The notes under the pieces were generated by a model, which was given only the letters and a program-made list of their open reading frames with translations, had not been told where the DNA came from and made no database searches. This document shows, one piece after another, positions 11,513-23,218 of a stretch of 64,000 bases of DNA (position 1 is the first letter of the stretch; each line of letters starts with the position of its first letter). The position numbers and the translations under genes are program-made. Where the stretch lies: the NCBI GenBank assembly GCA_963728205.1, contig CAVSIV010000002.1, forward strand, positions 224,001 through 288,000. Direction: 5' to 3'. The DNA is from an uncultured Chloroflexia bacterium (GTDB taxonomy: Bacteria > Chloroflexota > Dehalococcoidia > UBA2979).

Positions 11513-12808
11513 CTAGATTTCGCGCAGCGTGCGCCAGAACAGCGTGATGCCGACGAAGCAGAGGAAGCACGTCCCCGTGAATGCGCCGACGCCGATCTGC
11601 GGGCCGAAGTGCGTGATCGCGAGGCCCATGGGCAGCGCGCCCAGCGGCGACACGCCGCCGGCCATCTGCCACGCGGCCATCCCGCGCCCGCGCATGTCCT
11701 CGCGCACCAGCAGCAGGAACACCGTCGTGTTCAGCGCGGTGGCGAAGCCGAAGAAGATGCCCGCCGTCGTCAGGAAGCCCAGCGACAGGAGCAGGGCATG
11801 CGACTGCGTGAACGCGGTCACCAGGCCCATGTACCCGGTGAAGCCGATCAGCATGAACAGCCCGCGCCGCCGCACGTCCCCGATGTACGCGAGCAGGAAC
11901 AGGCCGATCGTCGACCCGAGCCCGATCGTCGCGACGAGCAGCCCGTAGCCTTGCGAGCCCGCGTGCAGCACGCGTGACGCGAAGATCGGCATGAACGACA
12001 CGTACGGGTAGACGAGCAGCGCCGTCATGAAGTTGATGACCATCAGCCCGAGCAGCTGCCGCTCGCGCGCGAGGTAGCGAAAGCCGTCGGCGAGGTCGGC
12101 GAACGGCTTGCGGCCGGTGGGGATCGGACGCCCGCTGCCGGGACCCATCATCGCGGTGGCCCCCGTCGCGATCACGCGCATCACGGCGACGAAGACGAAC
12201 GGCGTGCTGATCGAGATCGCCGCGAGCACGCCGGCGAGCGGCGGCCCCGCGATGCGCGCGACGTTCTGCGCGAGCGAGTTCATCGCGACGGCGTTCGACA
12301 GCGTCTCCTCGGTCGAGATGTCGAAGACATACGCCTGCCGCGCCGGCTGGTTCATCGCCATCGTGATCGAGCTGATGACGGCGAAGACGTAGACGTGCCA
12401 CACCTGCACGGTGCCGGAGAGTACGAGCACCGCGATCGCGATCGATTGCAGCGCGCCGAAGAACGTGGCCACGACCATGATCCCGCGCCGCGAGTAGCGG
12501 TCCGCGAGGATGCCGCCAATCGGCGTGAGGAGCAGCGAGAGCATGCCGCCGACGAACGCGACGCCGCCGAGCTGCGCCGCCGACCCGGTGAGGACGAACA
12601 CCAGCCAGGACAGAGCGATCTGCTGGCCCCACTGGCCGAAGCCGACGGCGATCGAGCTGAGGGTCAGGAAGCGGAAGTCGCGGCTCTCGAACGACGCGAA
12701 GGTGCGACGCCACTTCGACGTGACGGGAAGGGCCGCGATGGGGGTGGCGGGCGTCGCCGGGTCGCCGGGAGACGCATCCTGGTGCGGGGCGGCCGGCGAG
12801 GGACTCAC
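11513..12808 (-). CDS. MFS transporter (MFS_3/DHA3-like)
   Basis: About 12 hydrophobic segments; GGILADRYSRR; NQPARQA; EDMRGRGMA. Confidence 0.9.
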   Translation of the reverse strand: MSPSPAAPHQDASPGDPATPATPIAALPVTSKWRRTFASFESRDFRFLTLSSIAVGFGQWGQQIALSWLVFVLTGSAAQLGGVAFVGGMLSLLLTPIGGILADRYSRRGIMVVATFFGALQSIAIAVLVLSGTVQVWHVYVFAVISSITMAMNQPARQAYVFDISTEETLSNAVAMNSLAQNVARIAGPPLAGVLAAISISTPFVFVAVMRVIATGATAMMGPGSGRPIPTGRKPFADLADGFRYLARERQLLGLMVINFMTALLVYPYVSFMPIFASRVLHAGSQGYGLLVATIGLGSTIGLFLLAYIGDVRRRGLFMLIGFTGYMGLVTAFTQSHALLLSLGFLTTAGIFFGFATALNTTVFLLLVREDMRGRGMAAWQMAGGVSPLGALPMGLAITHFGPQIGVGAFTGTCFLCFVGITLFWRTLREI

Positions 12809-13064
12809 GGGACTCCTTCGTGTCGGACGAGGCTAGTCGATCGCCGCGGTGTGATCCGCTGAGCCGCCGCGACCGTCTACGCGGGCGGTCGCGGGTCGCC
12901 GGGTTGGGGCCGCGCCTCGCTGCGCAACCATCCTGAAGGTTCGCTGAAAAAACGTGCCGTGTGTATGCGCGGGCCTTGTCGCGCGCGCATCCCACGCGTT
13001 ATCCAGCCTTCCATCCACGAGTCCACGTTTGTGTTGGACGCTGTTTCGCGCACCCGGAGGGGGG

Positions 13065-14534
13065 ATGCCGGTGGCGGCCCTGCAGTCGGCTCGAGTCCAC
13101 CGAAGCGGCTGGCAAGACCTGTTCATCAAGCGGGAGCTCGACTACATCCCGCGCGGTGGCGATCGCTACTTCATGCTGATCGTGAAGGCGCTCGCCGGCT
13201 TCCTCGGCACGATGAGCATCAGCGTGGGCGCGGTCGCCCCACTCATCGTGAAGTCCGAGCACTTCAGCACCGTCGACTATGGCCACATCGTCGGCGTGGT
13301 CGGCATCGTTGCGGCGTTCATCGCGATGTTTGCCGCGCACCTCGCGGACCGGTTCACGCGCATTCGCATCCTGCTCTGGGGCATGCTCCCGCCCCTCGCG
13401 ATCCACTTCGTGATCGCCTTCATGCCCGACGGCCGGCCCGTCGAGTTCGTGCTCCTCTACGCGATGATGGCGTGGACCGAGGCGATGGCGGTCGTGGTCG
13501 TGTCGGCGCTGCTGCGCGACTTCTCTCCGCGCGCGAACCGCTCGGTGGCCGTGGGCCTCGTGACCGTCGGCACGCTGTCGGCGAACTGGGCGGCGACGTT
13601 CAGCGCCGGGCGGCTGCTCGAGCGCGTCGGCACGTGGCAGCACATGTTCTTCGTGTTCGGCCTGATCTCGATCGGCTGCTGGCTCGTGCTGTGGGTCTTC
13701 GGCCGCGAGCCGTCGAGCGGCTACCGTGCGCAGATCGTCCCGTCGCTCGAGCACCTCGACCAGGTGCAGAGCCGCGCGCGCGAGCTCGAGAGCCAGGGCG
13801 TGCACGTCGAGAGCTTCTGGGGCTTCATCCGCAGCGACTGGCGCCTGTGGCTGCTGGCGCTGGGCCAGGGCCTGTTCCTCTTCGGCTACATCACCTTCGT
13901 GGCGTTCGGGCCGCTGTTCACGGTGCAGGGCTTCCACCAGTCGCCGCAAACGGCGGCGGCGATCACGAGCTGGATCTACGCGTCGATCATCGTGTTCCTG
14001 ATCCTCGGCGGCATCGCGTCCGACTGGCTGCGGATGCGGAAGCTGCTCGGCGTCGTGTTTACGACGCTCAGCGGGATCGGGCTGATCGGGCTCGGGCTCT
14101 CGGTGGGGCACCACCTCGGGCAGGGGCAGATCATCCTGCTCTACGTCGTGATCGGCGCGGTGATGGCGACGATGTGGTCGCCGACGAACGCGCTGTTCTC
14201 GGAGAACGCCGAGGACATCGCGGCGACGCGCCAGACGACCGCGTTCGGCGGGCAGGGCGTCGTGACGCGGGTCGTCGACCAGGCGTGGATCTTCTTCGCA
14301 CCGTCACTGCTCGCGGGCCACGGCTGGGGCGCGATCTGGGTCGTGACGGGCGTCGCCGCGCTGGCGGCCGCACCGATCATCGCCTGGTGCCGCGGGCCGT
14401 GGGGGCGGTTCTCGGTCGACGACCTCGAGACGCGCGCCGCGGCCGCCTGGCAGCAGGCGATCGAGGGGGAACCGGGGCCGGGCGCGCCGATGGCAGGCGT
14501 GGCCGCGCCCGGGGACGTCCCCGCCGGCGACTGA
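13065..14534 (+). CDS. MFS transporter
   Basis: AHLADRFTRIRI, GGIASDWLRMRK, about 12 TM; GGAGG RBS before the ATG at 13065. Confidence 0.85.
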   Translation: MPVAALQSARVHRSGWQDLFIKRELDYIPRGGDRYFMLIVKALAGFLGTMSISVGAVAPLIVKSEHFSTVDYGHIVGVVGIVAAFIAMFAAHLADRFTRIRILLWGMLPPLAIHFVIAFMPDGRPVEFVLLYAMMAWTEAMAVVVVSALLRDFSPRANRSVAVGLVTVGTLSANWAATFSAGRLLERVGTWQHMFFVFGLISIGCWLVLWVFGREPSSGYRAQIVPSLEHLDQVQSRARELESQGVHVESFWGFIRSDWRLWLLALGQGLFLFGYITFVAFGPLFTVQGFHQSPQTAAAITSWIYASIIVFLILGGIASDWLRMRKLLGVVFTTLSGIGLIGLGLSVGHHLGQGQIILLYVVIGAVMATMWSPTNALFSENAEDIAATRQTTAFGGQGVVTRVVDQAWIFFAPSLLAGHGWGAIWVVTGVAALAAAPIIAWCRGPWGRFSVDDLETRAAAAWQQAIEGEPGPGAPMAGVAAPGDVPAGD

Positions 14535-14621
14535 TTGCGGCCGCGCACGTCGGCTGGCGGGGGGCGCACCGGGACCGGAGCGGTGCGCCCCTCCGGCTGT
14601 TCGGACGGGAGCTGTTGCGGG

Positions 14622-15311
14622 ATGACCTACATCACGCCGGAGCAGGCGCGCGACTTCTACTCGCGCGTCGGCCGCTGGCAGGACACGCAGGCCTTCTATG
14701 AGCGCAGCGCCGTCGCCGCGATGCTGGCGCACGGCGCGTTCGGCGATGCGCACTCCGTCGCGGAGCTGGGGTGCGGGACGGGGAAGCTCGCCGCCGAGCT
14801 GATGGGCCGGCTGCCGTCCGATGCGCGCTACGTGGGGATCGACGTGAGCCCCGAGATGGTGCGGCTCGCGACGGAGCGGCTGCGGCGCTGGAACGACCGC
14901 GCCGAGGCGCGGGTCAGCGACGGCGACCTGCGGTTGCCGGTCGCCGACGGCGCGTGCGATCGCGTGGTTTCGACGTACGTGCTCGACCTGCTGAGCCCGG
15001 CCGACGCGCGTGCCGCGACCGCCGAGGCGGCGCGCGCGCTCGCGCCCGGGGGGCTGCTCTGCCTCGTCAGCCTCGCCGCCGGCGCCGGCGGCGTCGCGGG
15101 GCTCGTCTCGCGCGCCTGGCTGTGGACGTGGGCGCGCCGGCCGGGGCTCGTCGGCGGGTGCCGGCCGATCCGCCTGGAGGACACGATCGACGCCGGGGCG
15201 TGGGACGTCGTGCACCACGAGGTCGTGGCGCCGTTCGCGGTCGCGTCCGAGGTGCTGATTGCGCGACGCCTGCCGGCCACCATGCCGAGCGCGGAGGACG
15301 TGGGAGGCTGA
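14622..15311 (+). CDS. Class I SAM-dependent methyltransferase
   Basis: VAELGCGTG, YVGIDVSPEM, DRVVSTYVLDLL, LAPGGLL. Confidence 0.88.
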   Translation: MTYITPEQARDFYSRVGRWQDTQAFYERSAVAAMLAHGAFGDAHSVAELGCGTGKLAAELMGRLPSDARYVGIDVSPEMVRLATERLRRWNDRAEARVSDGDLRLPVADGACDRVVSTYVLDLLSPADARAATAEAARALAPGGLLCLVSLAAGAGGVAGLVSRAWLWTWARRPGLVGGCRPIRLEDTIDAGAWDVVHHEVVAPFAVASEVLIARRLPATMPSAEDVGG

Positions 15312-15391
15312 GCCGTCGCTCGCGCGGGCGCGGTCCGATACGCTGGCCGCTCGCCCGCGTCCGCCACGTGCTCCGAGCAGGCAGGGAGTCC

Positions 15392-16096
15392 ATGCAGCCA
15401 GTGCACCCCGAGAGGTCCCCGCACGGCCGGCGACGGGGTGCCCGCGCGCGGCGCGCCGCGGCGGTCGTCGCGCTCGCCGCGGCGGCCGCGCTCACGCTCG
15501 CTCTGGCCGCCGCGTGCAGCGGCGCGGGCGGCGCGACCGCTACGCCGGCGGGCGCCGTCGACGGCACGACCCACGCCGTGACGACACCCGCCGCGGCTGC
15601 GTCGGGGACCCCGGTGCCGATGTCGACCGCCGCGGCGCCGTGGCCCGCGCCGGCGAACGCCGTGAGCCACATCACGGCTGCCGGCCTGCCCGCGCTCGGC
15701 GGCGAGCAGCTCGCCTACCACGTCCATGCCCACCTCGACCTCGTCATCGAGGGAAATCCGCAGGTCGTTCCGGCCGGGATCGGCATCGACCTCCAGCGCC
15801 AGCTGATCTCGCCGCTCCACACGCACGACACCAGCGGCATCATCCACATCGAAGCCGCCCACCCCGCGACGTTCACCCTTGGCCAGCTCTTCATCGAGTG
15901 GGGCGTCCGTCTCGACGCGAAGTGCGTCGGAGGCTACTGCGACGGCCCCGACCAGCAGGTGCGTGCCTACGTGAACGGCAAGCCATTCCCCGGCGACCCC
16001 CGCACGATCGCGCTGACCTCCCACGAGGAAGTTGCGATCGTGGTCGGCGCGCAGCGTGACATCCCGTCCTCGTTCGAGTTTCCCGCCGGCGACTGA
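15392..16096 (+). CDS. Putative lipoprotein with His-rich conserved domain
   Basis: Signal peptide ending LAAAC; motifs [35 protein letters not shown]. Confidence 0.75.
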   Translation: MQPVHPERSPHGRRRGARARRAAAVVALAAAAALTLALAAACSGAGGATATPAGAVDGTTHAVTTPAAAASGTPVPMSTAAAPWPAPANAVSHITAAGLPALGGEQLAYHVHAHLDLVIEGNPQVVPAGIGIDLQRQLISPLHTHDTSGIIHIEAAHPATFTLGQLFIEWGVRLDAKCVGGYCDGPDQQVRAYVNGKPFPGDPRTIALTSHEEVAIVVGAQRDIPSSFEFPAGD

Positions 16097-16187
16097 CGGG
16101 TTCGGCCTCACCGCTCCTGCTCGCCACCTCCACGCGGGGCGTCTTCACTTCGCCGCGTACTCTCGATCCGCACGGGAAGGCGCAGCG

Positions 16188-17843
16188 ATGGAACCGAGTC
16201 CACTGGCGGGCCAGCCGCCGCCGGAGGCGATGCTCGACAACATCCCCCGGCTCGTGACCGCCTACTTCACGGAGCACCCGGACCCCACCGACCCGGCTCA
16301 GCGCGTGCGCTTCGGGACGTCCGGGCACCGCGGGTCGTCGCTCGACGGCACCTTCAACGAGCGCCACATCCTCGCGATCACGCAGGCCATCTGCTGGCAG
16401 CGACGCGAAGCCGGCATCGACGGCCCGCTGTTCATGGGCATGGACACGCACGCGCTCTCCGAGCCGGCGCTCGCCACCGCGCTCGAGGTGCTCGCCGCGA
16501 ACGGCGTCGACGTCATGCTCGCGGTTGACGACGACTACACGCCGACGCCGGCGGTCTCGCACGCCATCCTCACCTACAACCGCGAGCGGACGAGCGGCCT
16601 CGCCGACGGCATCGTGATCACCCCATCGCACAACCCGCCGCGCGACGGCGGATTCAAGTACGACCCGCCGAGCGGCGGGCCCGCGGACACGGCGGTCACC
16701 GCACGCATCGAGGAGCGCGCGAACGCGCTGCTCGCCGACGGCCTGCGCGGCGTCGAGCGCATGCCACTTGCGCGCGCACGCGGCGCGGCGACCACGCACC
16801 GCCACGACTATCGCGACGCCTACGTCGGCGATCTCGGGGACGTCGTCGACATGGAGGCAATCCGCGCGGCCGGCGTGCGCATCGGCGTGGATCCGCTCGG
16901 CGGCGCCGGCGTCCGCTACTGGCCCGCGATCGCCGAGCGTTACGGGCTCGATCTGGAGGTCGTGAACGGCGCCGTCGATCCGACGTTCCGCTTCATGACG
17001 CTCGACTGGGACGGGCGCATCCGCACCGACCCGTCGTCGCCGCAGGCGATGGCGCGCCTCGCGCCGCTGCAGGAGCGGTTCGACGTCGCGCTCGCGGCGG
17101 ACGCCGACCACGACCGCCACGGAATCGTCGCCCACAGCACCGGCCTGCTCCCGCCGAACCACTACCTGGCGACCGCCATCGCCTACCTCTTCGCGCACCG
17201 CCCCGCGTGGGCGCCCGGGACGGCGGTCGGCAAGACGGCCGTGAGCAGCAGCCTGATCGACCGCGTCGCGGCGAAGCTCGGTCGGCGGCTCTACGAGGTG
17301 CCGGTCGGCTTCAAATGGTTTGTGCCGGGGCTGCTCGACGGCTCGATCGGCTTCGGCGGCGAGGAGAGCGCCGGCGCATCGTTCCTGCGCATCGGCGGCG
17401 ACACGTGGACGACGGACAAGGATGCGATCGCGCCCGGGCTGCTCGCCGCGGAGATGACCGCGCGCGCCGGCCGCGACCCGGGCGAACTGTATCGCGCACT
17501 GACCGAGGAGCTCGGCGAGCCCGACTACGACCGGATCGACGCGCCCGCGACGGCCGAGCAGCGCGCGCTGCTCGGCAGGCTGTCCGCCGAGCAGATCCGC
17601 ATCACCGAACTGGCCGGCGAGCCGATCGAGGCGATCCTGACGGCGGCGCCGGGCAACGGCGCCGCGCTGGGCGGCGTGAAGGTGACCGCGGCGGGCGGGT
17701 GGTTCGCCGCGCGCCCGTCGGGCACGGAGGACATCTACAAGATCTACGCGGAGAGCTTCCGCGGCGGGGACGTCCTCCGCCGGATCCAGGAGCAGGCGCA
17801 GCACGTCGTCGACGGCGTCCTGCGCGGCGCCGGGGCCGGCTAA
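16188..17843 (+). CDS. pgm: Phosphoglucomutase (alpha-D-glucose-1,6-bisphosphate dependent)
   Basis: [52 protein letters not shown]. Confidence 0.96.
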   Translation: MEPSPLAGQPPPEAMLDNIPRLVTAYFTEHPDPTDPAQRVRFGTSGHRGSSLDGTFNERHILAITQAICWQRREAGIDGPLFMGMDTHALSEPALATALEVLAANGVDVMLAVDDDYTPTPAVSHAILTYNRERTSGLADGIVITPSHNPPRDGGFKYDPPSGGPADTAVTARIEERANALLADGLRGVERMPLARARGAATTHRHDYRDAYVGDLGDVVDMEAIRAAGVRIGVDPLGGAGVRYWPAIAERYGLDLEVVNGAVDPTFRFMTLDWDGRIRTDPSSPQAMARLAPLQERFDVALAADADHDRHGIVAHSTGLLPPNHYLATAIAYLFAHRPAWAPGTAVGKTAVSSSLIDRVAAKLGRRLYEVPVGFKWFVPGLLDGSIGFGGEESAGASFLRIGGDTWTTDKDAIAPGLLAAEMTARAGRDPGELYRALTEELGEPDYDRIDAPATAEQRALLGRLSAEQIRITELAGEPIEAILTAAPGNGAALGGVKVTAAGGWFAARPSGTEDIYKIYAESFRGGDVLRRIQEQAQHVVDGVLRGAGAG

Positions 17844-17844
17844 C

Positions 17845-18057
17845 GGCGCACGGCAGGCTTCAAGCCTGCCGCGCAGGAACGCGTCACCGGCCCGACCGCT
17901 GTCCTCGACGCCGACTGCGTCCGCGTCCTGTCGGCGTCGTGTCTGCCGCCGCGTGGCTGGCGGCGCCAGGTGTGGCCCGCTCCCGCACGAGGTGGCAACG
18001 GCGCGCCCGCGAGAGCCGGTCACCAGCCACGGCCGGCCTGAAGCCGGCCGTGCGCCC
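17845..18057. repeat. Inverted pair of palindromic REP-like units (REPIN-like, family 2)
   Basis: ggcgcacggcaggcttcaagcctgccg (17845-17871) and the reverse-oriented cacggccggcctgaagccggccgtgcgcc (18028-18056); each is itself a hairpin. Confidence 0.65.
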
Positions 18058-18141
18058 GGCCGCATGCCCCGCCCGGCGCGGCCCCGGCGGGGGTAAGTCG
18101 CCGCCGGGCCCGCGGCCCAGTGGCCCGCGGCTGCGCCGGGC

Positions 18142-19020
18142 CTACCGCCAGGCGCGGCCTTCGTCGCCGTCGGGGACGGCGATCGCGAAGATGCCGCCGA
18201 CGGCGCGCTCCAGCCAGGCCGTGCCGCCGGCGCGGTCGAACGCGAGGAGGAGCGGATCCGTCAGCCAGCGCAGGTGGTCGGGCGGGGCCGCGATGCCCTC
18301 GAACTGCGGGCCGAACCCGCGGGCGCGCGCGACGAGCTCGGCGCGGTAGACGAGCCCGCCCAGCGTGTGCGCCTGCGCGGCGACCTCGCGATCGCGTACC
18401 GGGAAGGCAATCGTGTCGGCCAGCCACGCGGGGAAGTGCCAGCGCAGCGCCAGCGACCCCGCGAGCTCGGACTCCGGGAATCCGAAGACGTGCTGCACCG
18501 CCGCCCCGAGGCTCGTGTGCTCGGCCTCCGCGATGCTCACCGCCCGGCCGAAGGCGTCGGGCGCGTACCGTGCGAGCACGAGGCGGCCGATCGTCGAGAA
18601 GAAGGCGGCGGGGAATGCCTCGCCGGCGTGCGCGCGATCGAGCCCCGCGCCGACCATCGCCAGCGCGCCGACCGCAATCGCGTGGTTCCAGAACATGAGC
18701 CGGTCGAGGTGCGGGGTCGGGCCGTCGAGTGCCGCAATCGTCGTGGCAGCGAGCGCCGAGGCGAGTACCGGCGAGCGCCCCATGCGCGCCGCTCCTTCGG
18801 GGATGCTGCTGAAGCGCTGCCCGAAGGGCGAGTCCTCGAGCCGCCGCATGCGCCGGGCGAACCGCTCGTCAGTGGGCTGCAGGATCTCGACGATGCGCTC
18901 GACGGCGTCGGGCGCGTCGGCGCGCACGGTCAGCAGCGCCGCGGCATGGCCGCACACGGGATGCTGCTCGATGACGAGGTCGCTCAGGCGCTGCAGGGTG
19001 TCCGTGCCCGGTCGGCCCAC
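18142..19020 (-). CDS. Stand-alone HDOD-domain protein
   Basis: FWNHAIAVG, EAFPAAFFSTIGRLVL, FGFPESELAGSLALRWHFP; GGAG RBS before the GTG at 19020. Confidence 0.75.
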   Translation of the reverse strand: MGRPGTDTLQRLSDLVIEQHPVCGHAAALLTVRADAPDAVERIVEILQPTDERFARRMRRLEDSPFGQRFSSIPEGAARMGRSPVLASALAATTIAALDGPTPHLDRLMFWNHAIAVGALAMVGAGLDRAHAGEAFPAAFFSTIGRLVLARYAPDAFGRAVSIAEAEHTSLGAAVQHVFGFPESELAGSLALRWHFPAWLADTIAFPVRDREVAAQAHTLGGLVYRAELVARARGFGPQFEGIAAPPDHLRWLTDPLLLAFDRAGGTAWLERAVGGIFAIAVPDGDEGRAWR

Positions 19021-19187
19021 CGAGGCTCCTCTCCGCGTGCGCGCCCCGCGACACGTCCCACCGCGGCCGTGACGGTTCCGCGGATACACACAGACCGTAT
19101 CCACGCGTGCGCGCAAGGGAGCGCGTCAGATCACGTATACGTTCTGGTACGTCACACACGGACGCGGCGGGTCGACCGCGCGCCGCG

Positions 19188-21504
19188 TCAGCGGTCCGCG
19201 CGCGACTCGGCATGCTCGCCCGTGGAGGTGGCCTCGTCGGCCTCGTCGACGAGCATCGCGGGAAGCGAGACGTGGAATGTCGTGCCGCGACCCGGACCGG
19301 CGCTCTCGGCCCAGACGCGGCCGCCGTGCGCGGATACCAGGTCGTGCACGATCGAGAGACCGAGGCCCTGGCCCTGCACCGTGCGGTCGTCGGTTGCGCG
19401 ATACGAGCGCTCGAAGATGCGGTTGAGCTCGTGCGCGGGGATGCCGCTGCCTCGGTCGCGCACGCTGAGCAGTGCTTCGTTTCCGCGGCCGGCTGCGAAG
19501 AGCTCCACCGGTCGATCGGAGGACGAGTACTTGGCGGCGTTCTCGAGCAGGTTGTCGAGCACCTGCCCGAGCCACGCGCGATCGCCCATGATGGGCGGCG
19601 CCGGCGCGACGGTGACGCGCAGGTCACGATCCTCGTGCGCCCCGCGGAAGCGGGCGGCCGCCTCGTGCACGAGGTCGGCCGGGTCGAGGATCGCGCGGCG
19701 CGCGGGGACCACGCCGCCGTTCGCACGCGAGGCATCGACGAAGCCCTCGATGATCTCGTTCAGCCGCTGTACCTGGTCGTTCACCACGCCGAGGTGCCGC
19801 TCCATGATCCGGCTGTAGCCGAGCACCGAGGTCAGCGGCGTCCGCAGCTCGTGGCCCATCGTCGCGATCAGGTCTTCCTTCGCCTGCAGCGCCTGCCGCT
19901 CGCGGGTGATCTCACGCAGCGCGATCGTCTGTGCGCCCGGCTCCACGGCATCGAGCGGCATCGCGACGACGACGAACGTGCGCGCCGGGTCGCCGACCTG
20001 CAGCTCCTCCGGCAGGGCGCGCGGATCGAGCGTCGCGGGGTCGACGTCGAGCGCCCGGAAGGCCGCGTTCGAGCGGATGGGACGGCGGTCGTCGCCCAGC
20101 ACGAGCAGCGGCACGGGCGCGGCATCGATGGTCGTGCGCAGGCGTCGTCGCTCCTCGGCGAGCCGCTCGACGGCGCGGCAGCGGCGGACGGCGGGGGTGG
20201 CGAGCGCGCAGAGGGTTTCGAGCCACGCGCGCTCCTCGGGCTGGAGGCCGCGTTCCTCGCGGTCCATCAGGAGCGCGAGGTCCGACGCGAGCCGGCGGGT
20301 GACGGGCGCACGCTCGGGATCGGCCGGCCCCGACCAGTGGTGCTCGCCGGCAATCGTCTCGCCGGAGGCGCGGTCGACGACGGACGCGCGCGCCGAGAGG
20401 GCCTGTCGCGCGGCGGAGGCGACGGCGGCGACCGCGACGGTGAGCGCGCTCGTGCCGGCGAGCGCGGCGGCGGCGTCGCGGAGCACCGACTCGCGGCGGA
20501 GCGCCTCGCGCACGGCGGCGTGATCATCGGCGCGGGCAAGCACCTCGCCGGCCCACGTCACGAGCGCGGACACGCGCGCGCGGACGTCGGCGGTGAAGCG
20601 GTCGCCGGGTGCCGGGCCGAGCGCGAGCACCGCGCGTGACGGAGCGCCGGCGGGCCCGAGCGCGGCGACGAGCACCGTTTGCAGATCCGGGTTCACGTGG
20701 GTCTCGGCGAAGACGTCCGGCCGCTGCTCGAGCGACCGCACGATCGCAGGACGCAGATCCGCAGTGGAGATCGCCGCGGCCTGCCCGTCCACGGCGGCCG
20801 ACGCGAGTGCGCCGGAGTCCCGAATCCCACCACCACAGTCGCGCGGCCGGCGTGCCGGCGAGCGTGCGGGCCGCGCGCGCGACGGCGGCGGCGACCGCGG
20901 CGCGATCGAGGTCGCCCGCGAGGTCGCGTCCGGCGTCGGCCGCGGCACGCCAGGCCTCGGTCTGCAGCGTGCTCGCGTTGAGGCGTGAGGCGGCCCAGGT
21001 GAGGAGCGCGCCGATGCCGGTGACCGCCGCGGCGGCCCACGCGGCGGCGGTCCACGGCGGGGTCAGCGCGCCGTCGGCGACGAGCGGCGCCGCGGCGGTG
21101 ATCGCGGTCGCGCCCGCGAGCCCGGGGAGTGCGAGCACGGTCGCCGCGCGAGCGACCGCGGCGCCGGCGGGCACGGCGATCGCGACCGGCAGGAGGTAGA
21201 GCGTCCAGAGCGGGAGGGATGGCTGAGCCCCGGCCGCGATGCCCGCGCTCACGAACAGCACGTCGAACACCGCGCCGACAAGCGGCGCGCGACGGCCCAG
21301 CCGCGCATCCACCGCCGGCAGGCCGAGCACGAAGGCGAGCGCGATGTAGCCGGCGATGACCGCCGCGATCGCGCCGAGCGCCGGCGCGTTCGCGCCGGTC
21401 GCGACGGCCCCGCCGCCGAGGGTCGCGAGAAGCGCGCGGCCCCACCAGGCGAAGCGGCGCGTCGGCAGCTCGACGACGGAGCCGCGGAAGGGGGAATCGC
21501 GCAT
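19188..21504 (-). CDS. Membrane sensor histidine kinase (TM region + GAF/PAS-like + HisKA/HATPase); frameshift near 20820
   Basis: Hydrophobic N-terminal frame (from MRDSPF) joins a C-terminal frame with GHELRTPLTSV, NLLENAAKYS, DRGSGIP, GQGLGLSI. Confidence 0.8.
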
Positions 21505-21824
21505 CTGACCTCCTCGAGCTCCCGCGCGCCCGGCGTGCGGACGCGCGACGCGCCGAGGTCCCGGCGGGTCCCACCCGTCGTCGAGCATACGACCAGCGGT
21601 CGCGCGCTCGGGAACCCGGGCGGGCGGGGCGGCGGCCTGCGTGTCGCTCATCGATCGCTCCCGTGCCGGTGTCCTACCAGGGCGTCCGGCAGCAGGTAAA
21701 CGTCTGCGAGGGTTGCAACGTTGAGAAGCGTGGCGGGCGCACGTGGACCGGCAGGGGATTGCGACGGGCGGGGACGCGCTACCCTGTGCACCGACCCTGG
21801 GCGGGGATGAACCCGGGGGTTGTC

Positions 21825-22127
21825 ATGTTCTCGTCCGACCGGCTGCTGTCTTACTACGTGCGCAGCGCCCTGCCGTTCGTCTCGGGGCTCGCGTTCGGCC
21901 TCTACCAGGACCGCCTGCACTTGCCGCTGGCGGTGATGGTGGTGGTGGGCATGGTGCTCGTCGTCGTGGGTCCGCTCGCTATCCAGACGGTGCTGGCGCT
22001 CGTGGTCGACGCGTTGCGCGGGGGACCGCAGGACGGCGCGGCGCAGGGACAGCCGCCGGCGCTCGTCGACTACCGCCGGCCGCCCCAGCAGCCCACGGAC
22101 CTGTTCCGCCGGGGATCGCGCCGCTAG
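21825..22127 (+). CDS. Small hypothetical membrane protein
   Basis: 100 aa with two hydrophobic segments; stop overlaps the convergent AKR stop. Confidence 0.5.
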   Translation: MFSSDRLLSYYVRSALPFVSGLAFGLYQDRLHLPLAVMVVVGMVLVVVGPLAIQTVLALVVDALRGGPQDGAAQGQPPALVDYRRPPQQPTDLFRRGSRR

Positions 22128-22942
22128 TACAACTCCGCCGCCGCGGCCTCGAGCGCACGACGCTCGTCGGCGTCCATCGGCTCGTACGTCGTCGCCGTTG
22201 CGACGTTGTCGTGGATGCGGGACGGGTGGCGCGCGCCCGGGATGGCGACCGAGACGGCGGGATGTGACAGGACATAACGCAGCAGGTTCGCCGGAGTCAG
22301 GATGCCGGCCGTGCCGTCGGCGAGGCGCGTCCGCATCACGCTCGTCCGGCCCGAGCCGCCGAGCGGGCGCATCACGATCGCGCCGACGTCGTGCTGCGCT
22401 GCGAGGTCGAGCAGCGGCGCGCTCTCGGTGAAGAAGGCCGAGTACTCGATCATCACGGTGGCGAATGCGTCCGACGTGATGATCTCGCGGGCGATCTCGA
22501 GGTGGTGCGTCGACGCGCCGATGTGCCTGATCAGGCCGCGGTACCGGGCGATCTGGAGGCCTTCGAGCGCGCCGTCCTCGCCCATCACCGCCCGCCACGC
22601 GTCCCACGTCGAGACGTCGTGCAGCTGGTAGAGGTCGATCGCCTCGACGCCGAGCATGCTCAGGGAGCGGTCGACGTCGCGCTGGCTGCCGTCGGCGGTG
22701 TGGCTGAAGGTCTTGGTCGCCACGTGGAAGTTCGCGCCGCCGCGCTCACGCACCACCTGGCCGATCATGAACTCGCTGCCCTCGTACTCACGGGCCGTGT
22801 CGACGAAGTCGATGCCGGTGTCGAGGGCGGCGCGCAGCGTGTCGGGACCGTCGGGTGAGGTAGGCGTGTCCATCGCGCCGAGCCCGAGCTCGGTGACTGC
22901 CAGGTCGGTGCGGCCGAGGCGTCGGCGTTGTAGCGCGGGCAT
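22124..22942 (-). CDS. Aldo/keto reductase
   Basis: RRRLGRTDLAVTELGLG, DFVDTAREY, VATK, IDLYQLH, VAIPG. Confidence 0.92.
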   Translation of the reverse strand: MPALQRRRLGRTDLAVTELGLGAMDTPTSPDGPDTLRAALDTGIDFVDTAREYEGSEFMIGQVVRERGGANFHVATKTFSHTADGSQRDVDRSLSMLGVEAIDLYQLHDVSTWDAWRAVMGEDGALEGLQIARYRGLIRHIGASTHHLEIAREIITSDAFATVMIEYSAFFTESAPLLDLAAQHDVGAIVMRPLGGSGRTSVMRTRLADGTAGILTPANLLRYVLSHPAVSVAIPGARHPSRIHDNVATATTYEPMDADERRALEAAAAELY

Positions 22943-23218
22943 CGGCGAACTCCTCTCGGCGACCGGAGCGGCCGCGCTTCGCTGATACATGTGCAGGTCA
23001 GCGCACGTGGTGCTGCGGCGTCAAGCGCCCCCCGTCGCTCACCCGCCGTACATGCGCGAGTCGCGTCGAGAGCGGCCGAGGAACACTGTCACAAACCCGC
23101 AACCCCATATGCGCGAGCGTCATTCCTCTGTCACGGGTCACGCCGTAGGGTCCCCCGTACCGCTTCTCTGGCCCGTCGTCATTTCGCCGTCGTCTCGCAC
23201 CGTCGAAGGGGGTCGCCT

